Source of the DNA: Gemmatimonadota bacterium
Lineage (GTDB): Bacteria > Gemmatimonadota > Gemmatimonadetes > JACCXV01 > JAHWKZ01
Assembly (NCBI GenBank): GCA_035524965.1
Contig: DATLFH010000088.1
Location: 33,433 to 97,432 of the forward strand
DNA: 64,000 bases
Reading direction: 5' to 3'
Under the pieces are notes generated by a model that ran no database searches, was not told the origin of the DNA, and saw only the letters and a program-made list of their open reading frames with translations. Positions 37,197 through 46,702 of this stretch are shown piece by piece (the first letter of the stretch is position 1; each line of letters opens with the position of its first letter). The position numbers were made by a program, and so were the translations under genes.

Positions 37197-38335
37197 GCCG
37201 AGGCCCGTGCGCGCCGTCGGCCGGGGGCGAACCGGGGGCGGTGGTGGAACGGGCCGCGGGATACGGCTGGGCCCGAAGGACGCTCTACGGCGAGGGCGGA
37301 TGGTCCGGGGCGGCGTGGCGCGGGCTCGCGCGGCCGCTGGGGTGGGGCTGGCGCCTCACGGCCGAACGGAGGCTCACGGCGGGGCGCGCGACGTACCGTC
37401 TGCCGGCTCCCGCCATCGCAGTCGGCAACGTCACGGTGGGCGGCGGCGGCAAGACGAGCCTCGTCCTCTGGATCCTTGCGAACGCCGTACCTTTCGGCGC
37501 GCACGCGGCCGTCCTGACGCGCGGATACGGACGATCCGAGCCCGGCGCATGGGTGATCGCTCCCGGCGAGCTTCCGGGGCCCGCGCGCGCGGTGGGCGAC
37601 GAACCGTTGCTACTCGCGCGGGCCGGCGCCTGGGTCGGGGTCGCCGCGGATCGGGCCCGCGCAGCGCGCGCCCTTGGATCGCGTTTTCACCCCGACGTGT
37701 TCCTTCTCGACGACGCCCTCCAGCACCGGCAGGTCGCGCGGGCCCTCGATCTCGTCACGTTCACGGTGGACGACCTAGTCTCACCGGCCCGGTGCCTCCC
37801 CGCGGGACCGTTGCGCCAGGGTCCGGAGTGGCTGCCGCCGAACGGGGGCTGGGTCGTCGCCGGTGGGGACCCCCGTGCCCGCCGGTGGCCGTCCGGCTCG
37901 ATCGGGGCGGCGTTCAGCCGCTGGTGGACCGAACTGCCGGGAACGCCGGCGCGGTGGGCGGACGCGGGCACAGTCACGCTGGCGGCGTGGCGGGGAGGGG
38001 GGGAGGAGCCGTACGATCCCGGCGGGCGGCGCGTCGTCGCCTTCGTCGGCGTGGCCCGGCCGGGGGCGGTGGCCCGATTCGCGGCGAAGACGGGGCTTCC
38101 CGTCGAGCGCGTCGTCGCCTATCGGGACCACCAGCCGTACCGCGCCGCCGACATCGCCGCGCTCCTGGCGGAACATCCCGATGCGTCCTTCGTGACGACC
38201 GAGAAGGACGCCATCAAGTGTGATCCGGAATGGTTCGAGGATCGTCCGGTGGGCGTCCTCCGCCGGCGTCTGGATCCGTTCGATCCCGAGCTCCTGAAAG
38301 GTCTGGTCCGCGAAGCGGCCGCGTGGCCCCGGTGA
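37193..38335 (+). CDS. lpxK: Tetraacyldisaccharide 4'-kinase
   Basis: VGNVTVGGGGKT, LTRGYG, GDEP, LDDALQH, GPLR, YRDH and TTEKD motifs. Confidence 0.93.
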   Translation: MSRGPCAPSAGGEPGAVVERAAGYGWARRTLYGEGGWSGAAWRGLARPLGWGWRLTAERRLTAGRATYRLPAPAIAVGNVTVGGGGKTSLVLWILANAVPFGAHAAVLTRGYGRSEPGAWVIAPGELPGPARAVGDEPLLLARAGAWVGVAADRARAARALGSRFHPDVFLLDDALQHRQVARALDLVTFTVDDLVSPARCLPAGPLRQGPEWLPPNGGWVVAGGDPRARRWPSGSIGAAFSRWWTELPGTPARWADAGTVTLAAWRGGGEEPYDPGGRRVVAFVGVARPGAVARFAAKTGLPVERVVAYRDHQPYRAADIAALLAEHPDASFVTTEKDAIKCDPEWFEDRPVGVLRRRLDPFDPELLKGLVREAAAWPR

Positions 38336-39948
38336 GGACGGAGCGCCGTGCCGCGTCGTTGCCGCCCAGGCCCCGGGTGCTGGATACGGACGTGCTCGTC
38401 CTGGGAAGCGGAATCGCCGGGCTCTCCTACGGGATCAAGGCGTCCTCCTTCGGCAGCGTCCTCCTCCTCACCAAGAAGGAGGACTCCGAGGCCAATACCA
38501 ATTACGCCCAGGGTGGGATCGCCGCTGTCATGGACGCGGCCGATTCGTTCGCGGCTCACATCGAGGACACGTTGGATGCCGGAGCGGGGCTTTGCGACCC
38601 GGAAGCGGTGCAACTGCTGGTCGCGAGCGGCCCGGCGCGTGTCCGCGAGTTGATCGAGCTGGGGGTCCGCTTCAGCTACGAGGGGGACGATTCAGGCCGC
38701 CTGTCGCTGGCGCGGGAGGGAGGTCATTCGGCGCGACGGATCGTTCGCGCCGACGATCTGACCGGCCGTGCGATAGAGAAGGGTCTCCTGGAGGCCGCGG
38801 CGAGGGCGGGGGTCGCGATCTACGAGCACTTTTTCGCGCTCGATCTCTGGATGACCGGCCGCGGACGGAAGCGGCGCTGTGCGGGCGTGGTGGCCGTCGA
38901 TCGCGAGAGCGGCGAGCTGGTCGCCGTTCGCGCCCGCGTGACCTGCCTGGCCACCGGAGGATGCGGTCAGGTCTACCGCTACACGACGAACCCCGCAATC
39001 GCCACCGGCGACGGAGTCGCGATGGCGTACCGGGCGGGCGCACCGGTCGCCAATCTGGAGTTCATCCAGTTCCACCCGACCGCCCTGTATCCGGTCGCCG
39101 AGAGGCCGTTCCTGATCAGCGAGGCGGTGCGCGGCGAGGGCGCCGTGCTGCGCGAAGGCGGGGGTCGCACGATCATGGACGATCAGCGGGGAGGCGACCT
39201 GGCGCCGCGAGACGTGGTGGCGCGCGCGATCGATGCCGAGATGCGCCGCTCGGGCGCCCCCCACGTATGGCTGGACTGCCGGTCGATTCCGCCGGCGCGG
39301 TTCGCGGAGCGGTTTCCCAACATTCTGGAGACTTGCCGCGCACGCGGCTTCGATCCACCGGACGAGCCCCTACCGGTGGTTCCGGCAGCGCACTACGCAT
39401 GCGGCGGCGTGAGGACGGACCTGGCCGCGCGCACCGGAATCCCGGGACTCCTCGCGGCTGGGGAGGTGGCGTGCACCGGGGTCCACGGCGCGAACCGGCT
39501 GGCGTCCAACTCGCTGCTCGAGGCGGTGGTCTTCGCCGACCAGGCAGCGGCGAGCACGCGCGACCTGCTCGAGGAAGGGGAGCCGCGGCGGGAGCCGCTG
39601 CCGCCGCGGCCTCGTACGGCGAAGCATCGGCCGGATCTCGACGTCCTGCGCCAGGAAGTCCGCGCGATCCTGTGGGAAGGGGCGGGGATCGTGCGGCACG
39701 ACGAGGGGCTGGCGAGGGCCGGCGAGCGGCTCCGGGCTCTCGCGTCGGAGATTCCCGCCTGGCCGCTAGACCCGGCCGCCGCCGAGCTCGCCAACCTGCA
39801 CCTCGTCGGAAACCTGATCGTGGCCTCGGCGATCGCGCGTCGGGAGAGCCGCGGACTTCACTACACGCTCTCCCACCCGACCTCGGATCCTGCCTTTCGA
39901 CGGGACACCATGCTCGTGCCGGAGAGCACCTCGCGCCGGCTTGCCTGA
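38332..39948 (+). CDS. nadB: L-aspartate oxidase
   Basis: GTG 38332; GSGIAG, YAQGGIA, EGGHS, QFHPT, LISEAVRGEG, GVHGANRLASNSL and ESRGLH motifs. Confidence 0.95.
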   Translation: MRTERRAASLPPRPRVLDTDVLVLGSGIAGLSYGIKASSFGSVLLLTKKEDSEANTNYAQGGIAAVMDAADSFAAHIEDTLDAGAGLCDPEAVQLLVASGPARVRELIELGVRFSYEGDDSGRLSLAREGGHSARRIVRADDLTGRAIEKGLLEAAARAGVAIYEHFFALDLWMTGRGRKRRCAGVVAVDRESGELVAVRARVTCLATGGCGQVYRYTTNPAIATGDGVAMAYRAGAPVANLEFIQFHPTALYPVAERPFLISEAVRGEGAVLREGGGRTIMDDQRGGDLAPRDVVARAIDAEMRRSGAPHVWLDCRSIPPARFAERFPNILETCRARGFDPPDEPLPVVPAAHYACGGVRTDLAARTGIPGLLAAGEVACTGVHGANRLASNSLLEAVVFADQAAASTRDLLEEGEPRREPLPPRPRTAKHRPDLDVLRQEVRAILWEGAGIVRHDEGLARAGERLRALASEIPAWPLDPAAAELANLHLVGNLIVASAIARRESRGLHYTLSHPTSDPAFRRDTMLVPESTSRRLA

Positions 39949-40050
39949 TGGAAACCCGCTCTTAAATTCATCGTTCTCTTACCCCGGGCTCCCGACCGAG
40001 CGGAATCGTCCAACCGGCAACCCCCCGTCGTACGCCAGGAGCACATCGAA

Positions 40051-41340
40051 ATGATCGAGAAGCAGGTGGCCGTCTACCAGCCCATCCGGTCGGTCGACGA
40101 GAGCAACCCGTTCGAGGCGATGATGTCGCGTTTCGACCGCGCCGCCGAGTTGCTCGATCTCGATCCCGGCCTCTACCGGATCCTGCGCCACCCCGAGAAG
40201 CAGCTCATCGTTTCGATCCCCGTGCGGATGGACGACGACGAGATCCAGGTGTTCACGGGCTATCGAGTCCATTACAACGTGGCCCGCGGCCCGGGCAAGG
40301 GAGGGATCCGCTTCGCACCCGACGTGACGCTCGAAGAGGTGAAGGCCCTGGCGGCCTGGATGACCTGGAAGTGCGCGGTCGTCAATATCCCGTTCGGGGG
40401 CGCCAAGGGGGGTGTCGTCTGCGATCCCCGCCAGCTTTCCACGCGCGAGCTCGAGCACATCACCCGCCGTTACACAGCCGAGATCATGCCTCTTCTCGGA
40501 CCCGACACCGACGTCCCCGCACCGGACATGAACACCAATGAACAAGTCATGGCGTGGGTCATGGACACGTACAGCCAGCATGCCCGACACACCGTCACGG
40601 CGATCGTGACCGGCAAGCCGATCGAGATGGGTGGGTCACTGGGCCGTCGCGAGGCGACCGGGCGGGGGTGTATGCTGGTCACCGTCGAGGCGCTCAAGCA
40701 CCTGGGGATGCCGGCGACCGAAAGTCGCGTAGTCGTGCAGGGGTTCGGGAACGTAGGCTCGATCGCGGCTCGGCTGTGCGCCCGGCAAGGGATGAAGGTG
40801 GTCGGAATCAGCGATCACACGGCGGCCTTCGCCGCTGAACAGGGGATCGACGTTGAGGCCGCGATAGGACACGTGGCAGAGCACGGATGGCTGGCCGGGT
40901 TCCGGGGCGGCGACGCGATCCCCGGCCGGGAGCTGCTCGAGCTTCCGTGCGAGGTCCTGATGCCCGCCGCGATCGAAAATCAGATCACCCAGGCGAACGC
41001 GCGGAACATCAAGGCGCGGGTCATCTGCGAAGGCGCCAACGGGCCGACCACCGCGCTCGCCGACGCGATCCTCGAGGAAGCCGGCATCTTCGTCGTCCCC
41101 GACATCCTGGCAAACGCGGGCGGGGTCACCGTCAGCTATTTCGAGTGGGTGCAGAACCGGGAGGGGTACTACTGGAGCCGCGAAAGGGTCGAGCGGCGGC
41201 TCAGGAAGATCATGGTGAACTCGTTTCGCGACGTGGTGAAGTACACGGAGACCCACAGCGTGAACATGCGCACGGCGTGCTACATGCTCGCGATCGACAG
41301 AGTCGCTTTCGTTCATCGCCTGCGGGGGATCTACGCCTAG
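40051..41340 (+). CDS. gdhA: Glu/Leu/Phe/Val dehydrogenase (probably glutamate dehydrogenase)
   Basis: [36 protein letters not shown] and [10 protein letters not shown] motifs. Confidence 0.92.
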   Translation: MIEKQVAVYQPIRSVDESNPFEAMMSRFDRAAELLDLDPGLYRILRHPEKQLIVSIPVRMDDDEIQVFTGYRVHYNVARGPGKGGIRFAPDVTLEEVKALAAWMTWKCAVVNIPFGGAKGGVVCDPRQLSTRELEHITRRYTAEIMPLLGPDTDVPAPDMNTNEQVMAWVMDTYSQHARHTVTAIVTGKPIEMGGSLGRREATGRGCMLVTVEALKHLGMPATESRVVVQGFGNVGSIAARLCARQGMKVVGISDHTAAFAAEQGIDVEAAIGHVAEHGWLAGFRGGDAIPGRELLELPCEVLMPAAIENQITQANARNIKARVICEGANGPTTALADAILEEAGIFVVPDILANAGGVTVSYFEWVQNREGYYWSRERVERRLRKIMVNSFRDVVKYTETHSVNMRTACYMLAIDRVAFVHRLRGIYA

Positions 41341-41370
41341 GGTGTAGGCACGCCACTCGGAGAGCTGTAC

Positions 41371-41835
41371 GTGCGAATCGAGATTCTGGCGGTGGATCGC
41401 CTGCGTTCCGACTGGGCGCGAATGGCGATGGCGGAATACCTCGAGCGGACGAGACGCTTCAGCGGCATCGATCGACGCGAGATCAAGGCGGCAAGGGGCG
41501 GTGATTCACGCGCAGTGGAGGAAGAGGGAAAACGGCTGCTCAAGGCGGCGGCCAGAGGGCCGAGGGATCAGCTCGTCGCCCTCTCACCGGCGGGCGAGAG
41601 CATCGACTCCGAGGGCTGGGCCGCGCTCTTCGCCGAGTGGATGGAGCACCGGGTCAACCGGGTGGTCTTTGCGGTCGGCGGGGTGGGGGGACTTTCACTG
41701 GTGGTGCTCGAAGAGGCGGACAGGACCCTCGCGCTCGGCCCCCACACACTGTCTCACGAGCTCGCCCAGATCGTTCTCGTCGAGCAGATCTACCGCGCCT
41801 GGACGATCATGGCCGGCGAGCCGTATCACAAGTGA
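41371..41835 (+). CDS. rlmH: 23S rRNA pseudouridine-1915 N3-methyltransferase
   Basis: VEEEG, FAVGG..G, LSHELAQIVLVEQIYRAWTI..GEPYHK motifs. Confidence 0.93.
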   Translation: MRIEILAVDRLRSDWARMAMAEYLERTRRFSGIDRREIKAARGGDSRAVEEEGKRLLKAAARGPRDQLVALSPAGESIDSEGWAALFAEWMEHRVNRVVFAVGGVGGLSLVVLEEADRTLALGPHTLSHELAQIVLVEQIYRAWTIMAGEPYHK

Positions 41836-43163
41836 ATCCGGCGCCTGACCGGCGCGGGCGGGCGGTCATGCGGCCGATTCCAGACGCGCTCGAGAAGCTT
41901 GTAAAGCGCATAGGCTGCGAGCAGGACCAGGAAGGGCTCGATCGGTAAGCGGTACCGGTAGTGATGTACGATGGTCAGATAGTTAGGTATGGGAATCGAA
42001 ACGAGGAACACGACGAGAAGCTGGACCCCGCTGTTTCGGAGATCCGTCAAGAAGAGCCCTGCACCAGCAAGTCCAAGTATTGCGAGATAGGTTACGAGCG
42101 AGAGTTGCTCCTGCCAGGTGTTCACGGGTCCCATGACGGTCCAGTAACGGGCCACGCGAGTCAGGATCGAACGAGCCGTCTGGAGCGGGTTGTCCGCCAT
42201 GAAGTCGATGGCTTCATGGAGCAGAAAGCGGTTGAAGGCGGGTTCCTCCGGCCGCGTCCAGGGGTCCTGACCGGATTCGGCAAAGGCCGATCGAATGCTG
42301 CTCCCTCGCTGATTCGCGCCTCCTCCGCCGTACTCATTGTTTCCCAGGAACAACTCATGTCCAAAATTCGACTTGATGAAAACGAACTCTCCGAATACCG
42401 AGTAATTGCGCAGAAGCCACGGGGAGATCACGAGACAGAAAGCCACCATCAATCCGGTGGCTGTCTTGAGAATCATCCGTGAAGGGCCGGCGGCGTGCCA
42501 GTACAGCCACACGAGTACGAAGGGCAACGCGGCCACGACGACAGGTTCGACGAGAGCCGTAAAACCCAACACGGCTCCGACCCGCATACCACGCCGTAGA
42601 TCGGGTCTTGCGGCGAGCCCGAGCAGCATCAGCGTGAGGAGGAGGAGGCAAGCAGCCAGGAGGGAAGTCGACCAGAGTTTCTGAACCGCAAAGTGAATGG
42701 AGGGCGGGTAGAGGGCGAAAAGAGTTGCGGCGATCAAGCCCGTCGGCGCGTTGAAGACACGTCTTCCGATGAAGTAGAGGAGCACGCAGCTCAGGGCCGA
42801 GACCACTACCTGGAAGAGCTCGATCGCTACCGCAGCCCTCACGCTGTAGGCCCCAAACGCCTTGAAGGCCGCGCCCATGAGAAACGGCTGAATGGGCGCC
42901 ATCCAGGCCGTCGGCCCCTGCGGATAGGCCGACCACGAGGGCCAGCTGAAACCGTCCCCGCTGGAGAGCGACGCCGCGATCTGGCCCATCTCGTAGCCAT
43001 ATTGCCAGAAGTGGTCTGTGCTGGGGAACACCCAGCTCGTCGTAACCACCCCGACAAGCACTCGGATGGCGACAGCCAATCCGAAGATGCACAGTATCCA
43101 GCGGATTTCCCTGCCGGTCTCGGTAGGCGGCGTTCCGGGACTGCCATCGGTTGCGGTGTACAT
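41826..43163 (-). CDS. GT-C fold membrane glycosyltransferase (PMT/ArnT, GT39/GT83-like)
   Basis: Multi-TM protein; YEMGQIA..L..GDGF, TAWMAP, SPWLLRNY, NFGHELFLGN, YRYRLPIEP. Start taken as ATG 43163 (track gives 43214). GC is lower than core. Confidence 0.8.
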   Translation of the reverse strand: MYTATDGSPGTPPTETGREIRWILCIFGLAVAIRVLVGVVTTSWVFPSTDHFWQYGYEMGQIAASLSSGDGFSWPSWSAYPQGPTAWMAPIQPFLMGAAFKAFGAYSVRAAVAIELFQVVVSALSCVLLYFIGRRVFNAPTGLIAATLFALYPPSIHFAVQKLWSTSLLAACLLLLTLMLLGLAARPDLRRGMRVGAVLGFTALVEPVVVAALPFVLVWLYWHAAGPSRMILKTATGLMVAFCLVISPWLLRNYSVFGEFVFIKSNFGHELFLGNNEYGGGGANQRGSSIRSAFAESGQDPWTRPEEPAFNRFLLHEAIDFMADNPLQTARSILTRVARYWTVMGPVNTWQEQLSLVTYLAILGLAGAGLFLTDLRNSGVQLLVVFLVSIPIPNYLTIVHHYRYRLPIEPFLVLLAAYALYKLLERVWNRPHDRPPAPVRRRIHL

Positions 43164-43234
43164 CAGCCTGTTCGGCTCACGCGATTCCGCCCACCAGGAC
43201 CATCGGGGGGGCAAGGGGGTCCGCTCGAAGCCGG

Positions 43235-43263
43235 TTGATCGTCGGTGAGAGAGGTCGTAAATT
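43235..43263 (+). promoter_or_regulatory. Putative sigma70 promoter for tRNA-Ala
   Basis: TTGATC-17 bp-TAAATT. Confidence 0.55.
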
Positions 43264-43305
43264 TACAGTCTGGTTCATCCGGCGACACCGTCGGGCCGTA
43301 TTCGT

Positions 43306-43381
43306 GGGGCTGTAGCTCAGCTGGGAGAGCGCCTGAATCGCACTCAGGAGGTCGTCGGTTCGATCCCGATCAGCTCCACCA
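43306..43381 (+). tRNA. tRNA-Ala(CGC)
   Basis: 76-nt cloverleaf: acceptor GGGGCTG/CAGCTCC with G3:U70, anticodon arm CCTGA-ATCGCAC-TCAGG, TTCGA loop, encoded CCA. Confidence 0.98.
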
Positions 43382-43389
43382 CCTTAATC

Positions 43390-43430
43390 GAAGGCCCGGC
43401 AAGCGCTTAGCGATCCGGGCCTTCTTCTTT
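43390..43430 (+). terminator. Rho-independent terminator after tRNA-Ala
   Basis: GAAGGCCCGG...CCGGGCCTTC stem followed by TTCTTT. Confidence 0.7.
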
Positions 43431-43533
43431 CCGGTCAGCGAAACCAACCGTGAGTGCGCATTAAGTGCGCGCCGGCTCGCCCGAGGAGCTCACCTCCTCC
43501 TCGTCGAGGTCGCCAAGTCGCCGCCCAATACGC

Positions 43534-43767
43534 TCACGGAGCCAGGAATCCATCATGGATTCGGCCCCCGGATCGGATTAGGCGGAGAACGGCTCGCGGC
43601 TGGTACCTGCCGATTTGCGTCTGGATGATCAGGGCCCCCGACTCGAGTCGTCGGACTCCGGTCAGGCGTGCCTCGGCCATGTTGAGAGGGGGAGTGTTAC
43701 CGCGGAAGGACTTCGCCCACGACAGAGAGTCCCAGTCGGGCTCCTGCCTCAGGTCTTGAAGCTTCAC
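43534..43767 (-). CDS. Small hypothetical protein (77 aa) inside the islet
   Basis: GTG start with a perfect GAGGAGG 10 nt upstream; no recognised domain. Confidence 0.4.
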   Translation of the reverse strand: MKLQDLRQEPDWDSLSWAKSFRGNTPPLNMAEARLTGVRRLESGALIIQTQIGRYQPRAVLRLIRSGGRIHDGFLAP

Positions 43768-43984
43768 GTTTCATCAGCCTCCTCGAGCTGAGGGGTTCTG
43801 GTAGTCGAGCACACCTCAGAATCTACCACCTCCGGCGTCGAAAGTCCTCTACGCCGACATTGTCGGCTCGACCGCGCGCGCTGCGGAGTTCCGCGACACG
43901 CCTCGCGGTTCGTCCCACCTGAGCCCTCCATGTCGGGGGTGCGCAAAGAGTTCGCACAAGAAGCGGAATCCTTCGCGCGCGTGT

Positions 43985-46642
43985 TTACTCTTGCTCGAGA
44001 TCCGCGAGGCTAGCGGCTGCTCTCCGGGCCTCGACGACCAACGGTCGAAGCTCGGGATCGGCGTCGCGCCAGGCGACGGCGAACAACTCGTAGTTCTCGC
44101 GGGCGTCGCGGAAGTGCCCCAGCTCTTCCTGAACGCGGGCGAGCGCCAGCGTGGCGAGGGGATCGGCCCTGAGGCTCTCTCCGCGCGAGAGGGAGTGGAG
44201 GAACCGCGCGGCCCGCTCCCGCTCTCCGACCTGTAGCGCCCGCCTCGCCTCCCACCAGCGGATGGCGAAGTTCACGGGCACGGACTCACCGGCGGTCGCG
44301 GTCTTCCTGCGCGCGTTCTCCAGGAGGGTATCCGCTGCGCTCATTCGTCCTTCGCGCCAGGCGCGGAACCCCTCGAGGGCCTCTGTGGCCCCCTCGGCAT
44401 AGAGAGCCCCCAGGGAGTCCCCCTCTCCCAGCCAGTCGCTCTTAATGGACCGGATCGCGGCAAGAGATTCCTGGAACTCCCGAGTGCGGGACTGCTCAAG
44501 TGCCCACGCACCTCGGAAGACGTATCCCGTGATCGGGTCGGGACGACCACCCCTTATGACGATTGAATCCGGCGGTTGACCGTTCTCCTGTGCCGCGAGC
44601 GCTCGTTCCAGGCGGTCGGTCGGAATCTCGAATCCGCTCACGTGCGCAAGGTAGAGGATCACGTCGACATCCACGGGCGAGCCCGCCGCCTCGAGCGCGG
44701 CGGAGCGCTGGCCCCGGAAAAGAAGCGTTCGGACCAGTTGGGGAGCCACGCGGGCCGGGCTCTGCGAACGGGCAAGCCGAAAGAGCTCGGCCTGCACGTC
44801 GAGGAAGCGGGGGTGAGAGAAGTACAGCAACCCAAAGAACATCGCGAAAGGTACCGTTCCTTGGGTATGGGAGATACTGTCGAGCGCGGCGATTCCCGCG
44901 ATCCGCGCCGCCGAGTCACCGAACGCGATCGCCGGGATGAAAGGGATTTCCAATGGGTCGGGCGTCAACTGCGTGTACGTCCTCGCCAGTTGGGCCACCC
45001 GGGAGCTGTCCGGCGCGTTCTGCATGGTCGCGGCGATCGCGTGCTCGTAGGCCGGGGCGAATGTCGGATCGAGTTCGATTGTGCGCTCGAAGGCCTGGAG
45101 GGCGTCGCTCGCGTCATAAAGCCACATGCCTCCCAAATGGTAGATCTTGTCACCGAAGATAAACCATCCCAGCGCATCGTCGGGGTACTTGGTGGTCAAC
45201 TTGCGGAGCCTTTCAAAACCCTCAGGCCTCCCGCGGTAGATGTCGTCGACTCCTCGCGACAGCAACGCTTCGCGCTCGGGGAGCCGATCGATGTAGCGGA
45301 GCGCCCGACCGAAGGGCGCGATGGGGCGGATCTCGCTGAGCTCTGAGGGACAGGAGCACCATTCGATCGCCCAATTCAGGTGTAACCAGGCGAGCGCGAA
45401 TGTGGAGTCGGCCTCGACCGCTTGAACATAGTCCTCGATCGCCCGCGCGTATTCGCTGCGACGGAAGTGAACCTGGCCCGCGAGGTACGCACGCAGGGCG
45501 GGCAGCGAAGCGGTGGTCGCCCGCGCGAGGTGGATCCCCGCGAGTCTCTCGTCCGCATCGACGATCTTTCGCATGAGCTGGATCGTCATCTGGTCGACGA
45601 GGCCGAAGATCGAGTCGACGGCGCCATCGACCTGGCTGCTGGAGATCGGCTGACCGGAATCCACGTCGTACAGCTCTGCGACGAGGCGGAGGCTGCCCCC
45701 CGACGGCACCACGCTTCCCAGAACCGCGTACCGGGCTCCGGCACGTGCAGCGATGTCGAGGGCGGTGGGCGTGTCTGGCATTGCGTCGTCGTCGACGCTC
45801 TCCCGCCAGCGGGCGAGCACGGTGCGGCTGTCGATCGCGCGGTATCCCGGGATCCCGTCCAGGTTCCTGGATAGGAGGTCGACCATCCCTTCTTGCCACG
45901 TCTCGAGGTCCTCGCCGCCCACGCGAAAGGGCAGGACGGCGATTCCAGGAGCCGCGACAGTGGCTTCGGAGTCCCCGGGGTCGCCGGTGGTCTGCCGCGT
46001 GAAGAGATAGATCATCGTGGATGCGACCAGCAGGCTCGCAAGAACCCCCAGCGCCACCGCTTGTCGCTCGCGCACAGCCGGCGGAACCCACGAGCGCTTT
46101 GGAACTACCCCATCGGGGGGAAGGGTCTCGAGTGAGAACAGCCTCCACTCGCCCGGAGTTCCCTTGAGCTCATGCTTGCCGCGGTCCTCGAACCGGAATC
46201 CGGAGCCCATCTCCGCCTCGCGAACGGCGTTGGAGACGAGGATCTGTCCGGGGTCGGCGGCAGATGCGATGCGCGCTCCGACGTGGATGACGATGCCGCC
46301 GAGATCCCCGCCGTGGCGATCGACGGCTCCCATGTGGATCCCGGCTCGCACCTCGAGCCCGACCGCTCGCAGAGTTTCGCGGATTGCCCAGGCACACAGG
46401 AGGGCGTTCGCCGGGTGGGAGAACGCCGCCAGGAACCCGTCGCCCGTCGCCTTGACCTCGCGCCCGCCGAAGCGGTGGATTTCCCGGCGAGCCCGAGCAT
46501 GGTGCTCCTGGAGGAGCGAGCCCCACTCGCGATCCCCGATCTTGATGGCACGCTCGGTCGAGCCGACGATGTCGGTGAACAGGATGGTTTGGAGAGTTCT
46601 TCTTTGATCCATCACATGAGCAGCATACATCGAAAACGACAA
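43985..46642 (-). CDS. Membrane receptor class III nucleotidyl cyclase: cyclase-TM-TolB_N-like-TPR
   Basis: ILFTDIVGST, VKATGDGF, VRAGIHMG and GAR cyclase motifs; TM AVALGVLASLLVASTMIYLF; IAVLPF TolB-like domain; helical repeats. Start could be 46630 or 46612. Confidence 0.88.
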   Translation of the reverse strand: MSFSMYAAHVMDQRRTLQTILFTDIVGSTERAIKIGDREWGSLLQEHHARARREIHRFGGREVKATGDGFLAAFSHPANALLCAWAIRETLRAVGLEVRAGIHMGAVDRHGGDLGGIVIHVGARIASAADPGQILVSNAVREAEMGSGFRFEDRGKHELKGTPGEWRLFSLETLPPDGVVPKRSWVPPAVRERQAVALGVLASLLVASTMIYLFTRQTTGDPGDSEATVAAPGIAVLPFRVGGEDLETWQEGMVDLLSRNLDGIPGYRAIDSRTVLARWRESVDDDAMPDTPTALDIAARAGARYAVLGSVVPSGGSLRLVAELYDVDSGQPISSSQVDGAVDSIFGLVDQMTIQLMRKIVDADERLAGIHLARATTASLPALRAYLAGQVHFRRSEYARAIEDYVQAVEADSTFALAWLHLNWAIEWCSCPSELSEIRPIAPFGRALRYIDRLPEREALLSRGVDDIYRGRPEGFERLRKLTTKYPDDALGWFIFGDKIYHLGGMWLYDASDALQAFERTIELDPTFAPAYEHAIAATMQNAPDSSRVAQLARTYTQLTPDPLEIPFIPAIAFGDSAARIAGIAALDSISHTQGTVPFAMFFGLLYFSHPRFLDVQAELFRLARSQSPARVAPQLVRTLLFRGQRSAALEAAGSPVDVDVILYLAHVSGFEIPTDRLERALAAQENGQPPDSIVIRGGRPDPITGYVFRGAWALEQSRTREFQESLAAIRSIKSDWLGEGDSLGALYAEGATEALEGFRAWREGRMSAADTLLENARRKTATAGESVPVNFAIRWWEARRALQVGERERAARFLHSLSRGESLRADPLATLALARVQEELGHFRDARENYELFAVAWRDADPELRPLVVEARRAAASLADLEQE

Positions 46643-46702
46643 AACGTGTCTATTTTAAACCGCCCCACGGCATTCGTCGTCTGCAATCAAGTTCATCGTG
46701 AA

